From: Methanobacteriota archaeon
GTDB lineage: Archaea > Thermoplasmatota > Poseidoniia > Poseidoniales > Poseidoniaceae
Assembly (NCBI GenBank): GCA_004195635.1
Contig: PSPT01000002.1
Location: 26,200-90,199, forward strand
Reading direction: 5' to 3'
DNA length: 64,000 nucleotides
The notes beneath the pieces were generated by a model. The model made no database searches, was not told where the DNA came from, and saw only the letters and a list, made by a program, of their open reading frames with translations. How positions within the stretch are numbered: position 1 is the first letter of the stretch; every line of letters begins with the position of its first letter. Of this stretch, positions 44,069 to 53,175 are shown in pieces. Both the position numbers and the translations under genes were made by a program.

Positions 44069-47000
44069 GTGCTTATGTCAGCCGCGCCAATTACCTTAGA
44101 TTCTCGCTTCAAAACTCTATTATTTATAGCCATGTTTTTGTTTGCCGACATTGCTATTCCTGCTTTTTTTCCGGCTGAAGAATTGGAAGAAATAAATGAA
44201 AGATCATTCGCCGTTTACAATTACGGTGCGAGTAAAGATGCAATGATTGATAGTTCTGCTGCCAATAATAACTTTGGCACCTCAACGACAGCATCTATTG
44301 GCCCTAATGCAATTATAGGCGAATCAAGAATGCTCATAGATTTTAACATTAATTTATCCTCAAGTGCAAATATTTCAAGTGCAGTATTAGATTTGACTTG
44401 CAGTACAAATGCTACTGTAACTGGCACAACATTTTTTGTCGCAACTTTAAGCCAAGCATTTCAAGAAAATTCTACAAACTGGTTGAATGCAGATAATACA
44501 ACGGGATGGGATATGCCCGGTGCTGATGGAGATGCAGATAGAGGTGCGTGGGAACCACCTCATGAGGAAAATGCAAATGGCACTTTTTCACTCAATGTTA
44601 CGACCTTCGTTCAAAGCGCAGCAGCTGCCAACTCAACGACTCTTGGTTTCGTGATTTCGGCAATTGGGGCACAGTATTCATGCAGCACCAAAGAAACACT
44701 AAATCCTTCTGCAAGCCCAACGTTATTGGTCACTTGGGGTGCAGGTACGCCTTCTGCAAAGGGTCAATTAACTTCTAATTTTGTGACTGATGGAAATGCA
44801 CTAATGTCCTCTGATTTCATGTTAAATGCAGAATTAGACCCTACCTTTAGTTGGATGAATATGCAAGGCAGTCAAGTTGAATTCCAATTGTCTTATGAAC
44901 CTTCATTTAAATCTGATATTGATAGTTATTGGTATTTAAATTCCAATCTTAATAGCACTTTTCAAATGTCTTCAAGCAGCGGCTCTGTTAATATCCCTAG
45001 CGAAAATGCCTTCATTAATGGTTCGTCCTATTTCTATCGTCTACGTGCTGTAAACGGTGATCAAGTTGGCGATTGGGAAACCGGATATTTCCATTCACCT
45101 GACCTTTCTGTAAGCGATAATGGCGATGGAACTGCAACAATATTGTTCAACTCAAATAGTATGGGATTAATTACCGATGCAATTGAGGACACAAGTTTGG
45201 ATGAAAGTAATAATGGAGGTAATACCGCACTGGGGAGCCAAACTGCAATTGTTACAGGGATGTCTTTGCCAACTACCGACCAATATGGGTTGTTGCGATT
45301 TAATGCCAATACTTTTGGAATGCATCAAAATGCAACCATTGAAATGGCAGAGTTAGTCATGACTCGCTCTTCATACAATAGTGCGGCAATAGTTTCTCTT
45401 CATCAGATGGATGAAAATGCAAATTGGACCGAGGAAAGTGCAACATTCAATACTCCTAATGGAGTTGGGACTTGGAATGATGGTGGTCGAGATTTGACCT
45501 CATCAGCAATAGACTCTCTTTGGCTAAATCAAACAAGTAGTGAATTCCGCTTTGACATTACTTCATCTTACCAACATTGGTTGGATGATGGAGTCAATGG
45601 TGATTTATCATATTGGACAACTGTGCGTGGAATAGATGAATCACATTCTGCAAATACCAATATTCAATGGCATTCAACTGACTATACTACCTCTAGTGAT
45701 CAACCTTTATTGGAGATAACATACTCTTGGGGTAGTGGGGCTTCACCTTACCCAGTAAACCAACTCACCCCTATTGATGGAAGTGGGGCTTGGACAATGA
45801 CTGGTTTTAACCTAAGTGGAAATACGACACCTTCTCTAACTTGGGACGGAACAAATTCTTCAACAAATTCCTATGACATTATTTTCCAACTTTCAAGTGA
45901 CCGTGATTTCCGCAATATCATTGCTGAGGTCGACACCTCATCTAATAACGACTTCGCAGCGAGTGATGGAATCTTCAATTTGTCTGCTCCCCATGGTCTT
46001 GTGACTGGTGGCATTTACGGCTGGAGGATGGCTCACATGGGTTCAGATGGGCATGCCTCCGAGTGGACAGAATCAAACTTCTTTGTCCCAGGGATTAATT
46101 CAACATATCTTGGAAATGACCTTTATGAATTGCGTTTCAAACAAGGCAACTCGTCTTCATTCCTTAATCAACCTGCTTGCCGCGACTCCTATATTGATAG
46201 CGGTAGCCCAACAGATAATTATGGGGGGGAAATGGAAATTCAGACTTCCTACAATTCTTTCTCACAGGCCAATATTCTTTGGGGTTGTGATCTTTCAGGG
46301 CATATGTTGCCAAATGGTATAGCAGTTACTGATGCTTCACTTTCAATGGCATTATCATATGCTGGGTCTTCTCCGAGTGTTGGCGCTTGGGAAAACTTGC
46401 AACATAATTGGACTGAAAATGAAGTTACTTGGAACACCTATGATGGAACAAATAATTGGGGTGTTGGAGGTGCATCAGGTTGGGAGCGAGGTAGTTTATT
46501 GGATTCTACAACTATTCCTACAAGTTCTTCCACAGGTACAACATTTGAATGGAATATCACCCAAGGTGTTCAAAGTTCAATGCGAGGGAATGGGCAAGTG
46601 GATGTGATTCTAACTGTTCTAAATACTGGCAGTAATCCCGATGCTCTTCTATACTCAAATGAAGCCAGTGGTGCATACCTTCCAGAATTGGTTATAATTT
46701 TCACCCCAGGTTCTAATTCAATACCAGCTAATCCTGTTTTGGTTTCACCTGCTAATGCGTCGTGGGCGGTCGAAAGTGGCATTGAACCTGCTCCCATATT
46801 GCGACCCGAATTGTCTTGGTCAATGACCAGTAACGTCTCAATTACCGGCTGGGTTGTTGAATTAGATACTCTTTCTTCTTTCAATGGCCCTAATTTGCAA
46901 ACCTTTGCATCTTGGAATTCACTTGGGTTTGACATGCAAAATCAAACTTTCACGACAAATCAAGATTTGGCTAATGGTAAAGTGTGGAATTGGCGAGTAA

Positions 47001-50000
47001 GGGGAGTTTCTTCAACAAATCAATTAGGTGGATGGTCTCCAACTAATAATTTCCTTCTTCCCGATCTCACAACTTGGAGGCTTGATAGCAATACTTCTGC
47101 AATTGAATTACACCACGAAGAAGCAATCCCTCAATTGAACCTTCCAAGTTTCACAGATACTTGGGTTGTAGATAGTGGTTCATACTTTAACGCCGCTCAA
47201 AATTCTAGTGACGTCCTCAAGGTTGGAACACTAACATCGGGTGCAAGGGTAACTTCGTTACTTCACATCCCAATAAATGAATTACCTTCTCCTTCAAATG
47301 CTCATGTGGCCGCGGCTACAATAAATCTTTATGCAAACTGGGGGGCATCTACTTCCCAGCATATTTCGATTCACCCTTCTGCCGTAGCATGGACTTCTTC
47401 AGCGAATGGTTTGACTTATGATGGCGTTAATAATTGGAGCGCAAATGGCTCTCTGGGTATGAATGATGTAGGGGGCATGGTTGATGTTCATCCAGTGACC
47501 CATGCTTCGTGGAACCAATTTGATATAACCGAGATTATGCAAGAGGCAACCTTGGCTGGACAGACATATATTGCCTTGACAATAATGGGTGATATTGGAA
47601 ATGGATTGGTCGAATTCGCCTCAACTGATGCTTCAAGCAACACTCCTTGGCTGAATGTTACTTGGACAACTGGCAATGCTTCTTCCGTAGCACAGACAGG
47701 TTCACCTTCTTCGCCAAGTGATGGTACAATTTTGTGGGGCAATGGTTCACATGCAATGCTTCCTGCAGAAACACCAACGCTTACTTGGACTCACCAAAAC
47801 CCTTCTTCTGTTGATGACTGGCGGCTCTTTCTTTGGACAAATGGAAGTAATGAAAGAGAAGGTTGGCTTGTACATGATACTCGTGATTCTCTTTCCGGCT
47901 TTGATATCGCAAATCTTTCTTGGACACCTGCAATATCACAAACTAGTGGTAAGACTCAAAGATGGTTTGTGCAACCAATTATCAATGACATTCTCGGTCC
48001 ACGAAGTAGTAATTATCATTATTATTTACCGACTCAAATGAGTGATGAAATTAATTCAACTGACGCTTGGCTTAGTGTTGTAGAGGGCGCTTTAGTACCA
48101 GACATTTCTTATGCTCATGTAATTGAGGATACTTGGATTTACAGTGCAGCCCAATCCACAAACTACGGTAATGCTACGAATATTAATATTGGACAAAGTA
48201 GTAGTGGATATCGCTCACATGGATTGCTTGAAATTGACGTTTCAGTCTTGCCTGTACCTGCTCCATACGAAGTAGTAAGTGCAACTGTGAAAATGTACCG
48301 ATTGTCGGGAGTTAATTCGGATGTTGAAATATCGGTGTCAGACTTATATCGTGATTTCAGTGAAGTAAATGCAACTTGGAATGAATACGAAACTAATCAA
48401 AGTTGGTCTCAATCAGGAGCAATAGGAACAACTGATTCAGCACTCAGCACTTCCGTTAGTACTGTTTCCTCAACAGGATGGATCACATGGGATGTAACAC
48501 AACTCGCACAAGCAGCAGTAGCTCGTGGGGACGAAACATTACGCCTATTATTCCAGCCTGTGAATGGCACAGGAACCCACCTTTTCTCCTCCTCAAATAA
48601 TATTCTCTCTCTACGTCCACAACTAAACATGACAATTAGAACTGGAAGCCAATGGCTACCAAGCGAATCAACATCCTTGTTGCCGGTAAGTGGTTCTACA
48701 ATGTGGAATCTGTCTGCATCCCTTCCATCTGGTATGGATAATATCGACTTGAGTTGGTCCTCTAGCCTCTCCAATGTATCCTATCACTTGCAAAGAGGTA
48801 CTGATTCATCATTCATAAATGTAGATGATATTTATTCAAATGATACAGGGACATGGGGAAATGGTGATTTTGATGTAACAAACCAGACATATTCTCTCTT
48901 AGCAGCAGATGCTGGGATTGATGAGTGGAATTACTGGCGTGTTCGCTCAATACAAGGGCACATTATTGGAAATTGGTCACAAGTCAATCTCTTTAGAGTG
49001 CCCGGGGATCATGGTTCTGACGATGGAACTGGAAATCTAACTTTGAATTTACAACGAGGTACGGTCTTTGTTAATACGAGTGTCGTGCCTTTGGTTCCTG
49101 ATGTTACTATTGATTCCTCCTTTGCCTCAACCAACACCGGTTCTTCTTCAGCACTCTACCTTGGAGTCAGTAATTCCGGCACTGGGGAATCAAGGATTCT
49201 TATGGAATTTGACCTAAACGAGTTGCCTTTCCCTGCAAATATGACTCCAACTAGTACGGTATTGTCATTGTATAGAACTGGAATATCAGGTGGGCAAGGA
49301 TTGACAGTTGCAGTATATCCATGTTCGTCATATTCTGAATCTGGAGCGACATGGAATAATGCTCCAACTTGCAGTACAACAGAAATCACTCGTAGTACTA
49401 TTGGTGTTGTTCCACCTACTGGATGGTTGCAGTGGGATATTACTTCACTTGCACAATCAAATGTCGCAAATGGTAATTATACCTTGACGGTGATGTTAGC
49501 AGTCGTCGGTACGCCAGGTGCAAGTCATTCATTCTACAGTAGCGATTCCTCTTCAACGACATATCGTCCTCAGTTATCCTTTGAATATGTAGATAATTCA
49601 AATGGCACTCAACCACCTGCACAACCTACTTTGGTATATCCTACTGATGGCGATGTACTGTACGATAATTCTAACTGGACTCTAGCGCCAATCCAGAGGC
49701 CGGTTTTGCAATGGAATCCTGTGGCAAATGCTACTGCTTATGTGTTGACAATTTCTAATAACTCGGGGCAGACAAAATTCCGTTCTTGGACGAACAGTGG
49801 TTTCTCGGGAGCAAATTATACATTCCAGTCTGATCTCAGTTCCGGTGAATCATATCAATGGTGGGTTCAAGCGATAAATGGTTCAATCCCAGGTCCAGCG
49901 AGTAGTAGATGGTCTTTTGCAATTGGCAACCCAATTAATAATACAGATAATTCAGATAATACCTATACATATTGGTTAAGGCATGGCGCTGAAGTTGCAG

Positions 50001-53000
50001 ACTTCGGCCATGTATCTATTCTCGATTCAACCATAAAATCAGCAAATGCAGATACTGCCTTTGAGGATTCAGATTTACAAATCGGGTCAACTTCATCAGG
50101 TGATGAAATGCGAGCATTTGTTGTCCTAGATACAAGTTCATTACCCCTAAACCCCAATGCTAGAGTTCACTCAGCAAGTGTTGGGTTATATGTCGAATCT
50201 GTAAGTTTATTCGCTGGTGTTCCTATGACTACCTTTACCATTTCTGCTCACCCACTTTTGGGTAGCGGATATACACCTCTTGGCACTACATGGAATGATG
50301 TTACTGCAAATGCGCCTTGGGGTGCACCCGGGCTGCAATCTGGAGTAGATTACGGGCTTGCAAGTGGAACTGTGACATTTAATGTCGCCAATGGATTTAC
50401 CGGTTGGGTTTGGCTCGATCTCTCACAATCAGGGCTAGATTTAACATCAAGTCATCCATATGTGTTAATTGGTTCTGGACAAGCATACTTGAATATCGCA
50501 CATTCTCAAGATACAAATGAAGATCATCGACCAGTGATGTTGATGAATTATACTACTGTTGATAGTATTGCTATTAGCCCAGGGCTTGGTACAACTACTG
50601 ATGCCGATACGGCTGTGCAATTTAGTTTCAGTATGTATGATGCAAATAGCCAAGCAATTGCAGGTAATGTAGAATGGGATGCTGAAAATGGTAGTATCTC
50701 AAGTGCGGGAATGTATATTCCACACACTGTCGGCATTTGGGACGTTTCCGCTTGTTTCGGACTACGGTGTGAGATAATACAAATCCAAGTCACACCTGGT
50801 GTAGCAGTATCTCATGTTGTCACTCCGCTTTCGGGTACAATTACTGCCGATGAAAGTTTTGATATTCAAGTAAAGGTACTTGACCAATATTCAAATCAAG
50901 TTATTGGAGAAATAATAAATTGGCAAGCTACCAACGGCTCCTTTGTAACCATCAGCCCTCCATCGGGATGGAATGAAGCAGCCACTTTCATGCCATGGGC
51001 AAAAGGTCCACAGATAGTATCGGTTGAATGGAATGGAGTATCTATCAATGTCAACATTCAAGTTCATCCAGGAATTGCAGATTATTTTGAGATTGGCGCA
51101 TGTGCCGATGGTGACTTGATTGTACCTGCTGGAACAACCTGTCAGTTAGCATGGCAACTTTATGATGCCAATGACAACATGCTACCTGATAGTGCAGCAG
51201 GAAATGTTTCTTGGACAGTTCAAGCTGCTGGTGGAAATATTAGCAATGGCGCGTTTGAAGCAGACCACATTGGTGAGTGGATAATAAATCTAACAAGTGC
51301 AAGCGGGGTAAATGCCACTACAAATATCACCGTCGTTTACGGAGTTATTGAATCACTTGAACTTTCGGCGAGCGATTTATACATTACTGCAGACGAAGTA
51401 ATTTATCTAAACACAACTAGAATTGATATCAAAGGCAATAGATTACAAATCGACTTGCCTGCAGAAAATTGGACTATTGCTAGCGGATGGATCACTCCAG
51501 GTACGGGAGGTGCCCCTGCTGTTTGGGAACCAGAGGATGTTGGAAGCAAAGTGATTACTGCGTCTTATGATGGTTTACAATCTTCAGTAAATATTGGTAT
51601 TTCACATGGAATTCTTATTGATTTAGAAGTAGATATTACAACTTTGAATAACATCACTGCTGATGAATCTTCAGTTTTGAAAGCATTTGGAGTTGACTCC
51701 AAGGCAAACCGCTGGCCGGTAACCGTGCTATGGCGAGTTATCCAAGATCCACAAAACAACCAAGGTTGGTTATCTGATACAAACTGGTCTCAAACTACCT
51801 TTGACCCGACTTCGGTAGGGTCCTTTGATGTTAGTGCAGTCTATACAGATGATGCATCAAACTTTTACAATGTTGATACAAATTATGTCATCACTCATGG
51901 AATCCTTGCGGGTGTTTCCTTTGATTCCCCTGCAACTAATGACCCTCATTGGTCAGATGATATGTTTGAAATAACTGCAGACGAGGATGTTCAAATCGCA
52001 GTTTCTCTTGCTGATTCTAATGGTAATCAAATTGATAATGATATTCTCAATTGGACTGTCAATGGTGTTGAAGTGACTTCTGAAATGGTTCTCTCAAATT
52101 TCCTTTGGGATGGAGAGCAGACGATAGGTGAATATGTGATAAAGGCTACAAATGGCTCATTCTACGACATTATTACTGTTAATGTAAGTCACGGAAGGGC
52201 ACTTGTAGTAACTCATGCACAGAGTGCAAATTCTGTTGAGGCAGGTAACTCCCTTACCGTACAAATGACCGGGACAGATGCTGCGGGTAACCAATTTGCT
52301 CAAGATGTATCTTGGGCTGGTGGCGATTTGTCAAAGACCGCTGATGGTGCCTACCAATATGATGCGACAACTGCAGGCTCATACACCTTGACATTCTCAT
52401 TACCTGGTGCCCAAGGCGGAGACTGGAATTTGGAAGTATCCCCAACCTATCTTGATCATTTCGATGTTGTAATTGATAAATCAACAGTAGAACAATTAGA
52501 GAAAATCACAATGTCCATTGAAGCATATGACCGCTTTAATAATCCGTTACAGGTGCCAAGTGGTACGCAATTATCGGTACAAGCAAGTGGAAGAGGCGAA
52601 ATATCGGGCAGTGGGAATTCTTACTCTGTAACTACTTTAGAAGAAGGTGTACATAGCATGACAGTTTCAAGTAATGTAAATGGCAATGTTGTTAGTGCAA
52701 GTGCATCATACAATGTAACCGGTAATATGGCTGGGTTCTTTGCAGCAGGTGGCACCCTGTACTATGTTGGTGCAGGTTTAATTGGCTTAGTTTCACTAAT
52801 TCTATTTGTGCTTGTTATTGTTCTATTCCGAGGAAGTACTGATGACTATGATGATGAAGATTGGGAGGATGAAGAAGATGATGATGAAGTCAAAGACCAA
52901 CGTCCAATCCTTGAGCGAATTCAAAGTGTACCAAGTGAGCCAGAACCCGAACCAGAAGATAATTCTGCGGAAGAAACTGATGATGGAGTCACTGTAGATG

Positions 53001-53089
53001 AACACGGTGTTGAATGGTATGAGGACGAAACCGGTGTTTGGTGGAGCCGTGGACCTAATGATGAGGATTGGGAAGAGTTTGTTGAGTGA
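44069..53089 (+). CDS. Giant (3006 aa) surface protein: ~7 DNRLRE-like/FN3-like module pairs, then ~6 Ig-like (Big_2) domains, TM anchor and acidic cytoplasmic tail
   Basis: The N-terminus is a signal anchor. A repeated pattern D[ST]x[IL]...N.G...L[LM].FD...LP...A.[IV]..A.L.LY...W.E..[AV]TWN recurs at least 7 times. Each copy is followed by a W-containing FN3-like unit (e.g. WNWRVRG, WNYWRVRS). The C-terminal third contains VTPG...Ig-like repeats. The TM is LIGLVSLILFVLVIVLF. The protein is very rich in N-x-S/T sequons. Confidence 0.85.
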   Translation: MLMSAAPITLDSRFKTLLFIAMFLFADIAIPAFFPAEELEEINERSFAVYNYGASKDAMIDSSAANNNFGTSTTASIGPNAIIGESRMLIDFNINLSSSANISSAVLDLTCSTNATVTGTTFFVATLSQAFQENSTNWLNADNTTGWDMPGADGDADRGAWEPPHEENANGTFSLNVTTFVQSAAAANSTTLGFVISAIGAQYSCSTKETLNPSASPTLLVTWGAGTPSAKGQLTSNFVTDGNALMSSDFMLNAELDPTFSWMNMQGSQVEFQLSYEPSFKSDIDSYWYLNSNLNSTFQMSSSSGSVNIPSENAFINGSSYFYRLRAVNGDQVGDWETGYFHSPDLSVSDNGDGTATILFNSNSMGLITDAIEDTSLDESNNGGNTALGSQTAIVTGMSLPTTDQYGLLRFNANTFGMHQNATIEMAELVMTRSSYNSAAIVSLHQMDENANWTEESATFNTPNGVGTWNDGGRDLTSSAIDSLWLNQTSSEFRFDITSSYQHWLDDGVNGDLSYWTTVRGIDESHSANTNIQWHSTDYTTSSDQPLLEITYSWGSGASPYPVNQLTPIDGSGAWTMTGFNLSGNTTPSLTWDGTNSSTNSYDIIFQLSSDRDFRNIIAEVDTSSNNDFAASDGIFNLSAPHGLVTGGIYGWRMAHMGSDGHASEWTESNFFVPGINSTYLGNDLYELRFKQGNSSSFLNQPACRDSYIDSGSPTDNYGGEMEIQTSYNSFSQANILWGCDLSGHMLPNGIAVTDASLSMALSYAGSSPSVGAWENLQHNWTENEVTWNTYDGTNNWGVGGASGWERGSLLDSTTIPTSSSTGTTFEWNITQGVQSSMRGNGQVDVILTVLNTGSNPDALLYSNEASGAYLPELVIIFTPGSNSIPANPVLVSPANASWAVESGIEPAPILRPELSWSMTSNVSITGWVVELDTLSSFNGPNLQTFASWNSLGFDMQNQTFTTNQDLANGKVWNWRVRGVSSTNQLGGWSPTNNFLLPDLTTWRLDSNTSAIELHHEEAIPQLNLPSFTDTWVVDSGSYFNAAQNSSDVLKVGTLTSGARVTSLLHIPINELPSPSNAHVAAATINLYANWGASTSQHISIHPSAVAWTSSANGLTYDGVNNWSANGSLGMNDVGGMVDVHPVTHASWNQFDITEIMQEATLAGQTYIALTIMGDIGNGLVEFASTDASSNTPWLNVTWTTGNASSVAQTGSPSSPSDGTILWGNGSHAMLPAETPTLTWTHQNPSSVDDWRLFLWTNGSNEREGWLVHDTRDSLSGFDIANLSWTPAISQTSGKTQRWFVQPIINDILGPRSSNYHYYLPTQMSDEINSTDAWLSVVEGALVPDISYAHVIEDTWIYSAAQSTNYGNATNINIGQSSSGYRSHGLLEIDVSVLPVPAPYEVVSATVKMYRLSGVNSDVEISVSDLYRDFSEVNATWNEYETNQSWSQSGAIGTTDSALSTSVSTVSSTGWITWDVTQLAQAAVARGDETLRLLFQPVNGTGTHLFSSSNNILSLRPQLNMTIRTGSQWLPSESTSLLPVSGSTMWNLSASLPSGMDNIDLSWSSSLSNVSYHLQRGTDSSFINVDDIYSNDTGTWGNGDFDVTNQTYSLLAADAGIDEWNYWRVRSIQGHIIGNWSQVNLFRVPGDHGSDDGTGNLTLNLQRGTVFVNTSVVPLVPDVTIDSSFASTNTGSSSALYLGVSNSGTGESRILMEFDLNELPFPANMTPTSTVLSLYRTGISGGQGLTVAVYPCSSYSESGATWNNAPTCSTTEITRSTIGVVPPTGWLQWDITSLAQSNVANGNYTLTVMLAVVGTPGASHSFYSSDSSSTTYRPQLSFEYVDNSNGTQPPAQPTLVYPTDGDVLYDNSNWTLAPIQRPVLQWNPVANATAYVLTISNNSGQTKFRSWTNSGFSGANYTFQSDLSSGESYQWWVQAINGSIPGPASSRWSFAIGNPINNTDNSDNTYTYWLRHGAEVADFGHVSILDSTIKSANADTAFEDSDLQIGSTSSGDEMRAFVVLDTSSLPLNPNARVHSASVGLYVESVSLFAGVPMTTFTISAHPLLGSGYTPLGTTWNDVTANAPWGAPGLQSGVDYGLASGTVTFNVANGFTGWVWLDLSQSGLDLTSSHPYVLIGSGQAYLNIAHSQDTNEDHRPVMLMNYTTVDSIAISPGLGTTTDADTAVQFSFSMYDANSQAIAGNVEWDAENGSISSAGMYIPHTVGIWDVSACFGLRCEIIQIQVTPGVAVSHVVTPLSGTITADESFDIQVKVLDQYSNQVIGEIINWQATNGSFVTISPPSGWNEAATFMPWAKGPQIVSVEWNGVSINVNIQVHPGIADYFEIGACADGDLIVPAGTTCQLAWQLYDANDNMLPDSAAGNVSWTVQAAGGNISNGAFEADHIGEWIINLTSASGVNATTNITVVYGVIESLELSASDLYITADEVIYLNTTRIDIKGNRLQIDLPAENWTIASGWITPGTGGAPAVWEPEDVGSKVITASYDGLQSSVNIGISHGILIDLEVDITTLNNITADESSVLKAFGVDSKANRWPVTVLWRVIQDPQNNQGWLSDTNWSQTTFDPTSVGSFDVSAVYTDDASNFYNVDTNYVITHGILAGVSFDSPATNDPHWSDDMFEITADEDVQIAVSLADSNGNQIDNDILNWTVNGVEVTSEMVLSNFLWDGEQTIGEYVIKATNGSFYDIITVNVSHGRALVVTHAQSANSVEAGNSLTVQMTGTDAAGNQFAQDVSWAGGDLSKTADGAYQYDATTAGSYTLTFSLPGAQGGDWNLEVSPTYLDHFDVVIDKSTVEQLEKITMSIEAYDRFNNPLQVPSGTQLSVQASGRGEISGSGNSYSVTTLEEGVHSMTVSSNVNGNVVSASASYNVTGNMAGFFAAGGTLYYVGAGLIGLVSLILFVLVIVLFRGSTDDYDDEDWEDEEDDDEVKDQRPILERIQSVPSEPEPEPEDNSAEETDDGVTVDEHGVEWYEDETGVWWSRGPNDEDWEEFVE

Positions 53090-53175
53090 GAAAGGAAAAT
53101 TTCTTCAAATGATATAATTTCCATATTAAATTGTTGGCGTTGGTTTCTTGAGGGCCACCCTTCCTGCCTTGTCCG

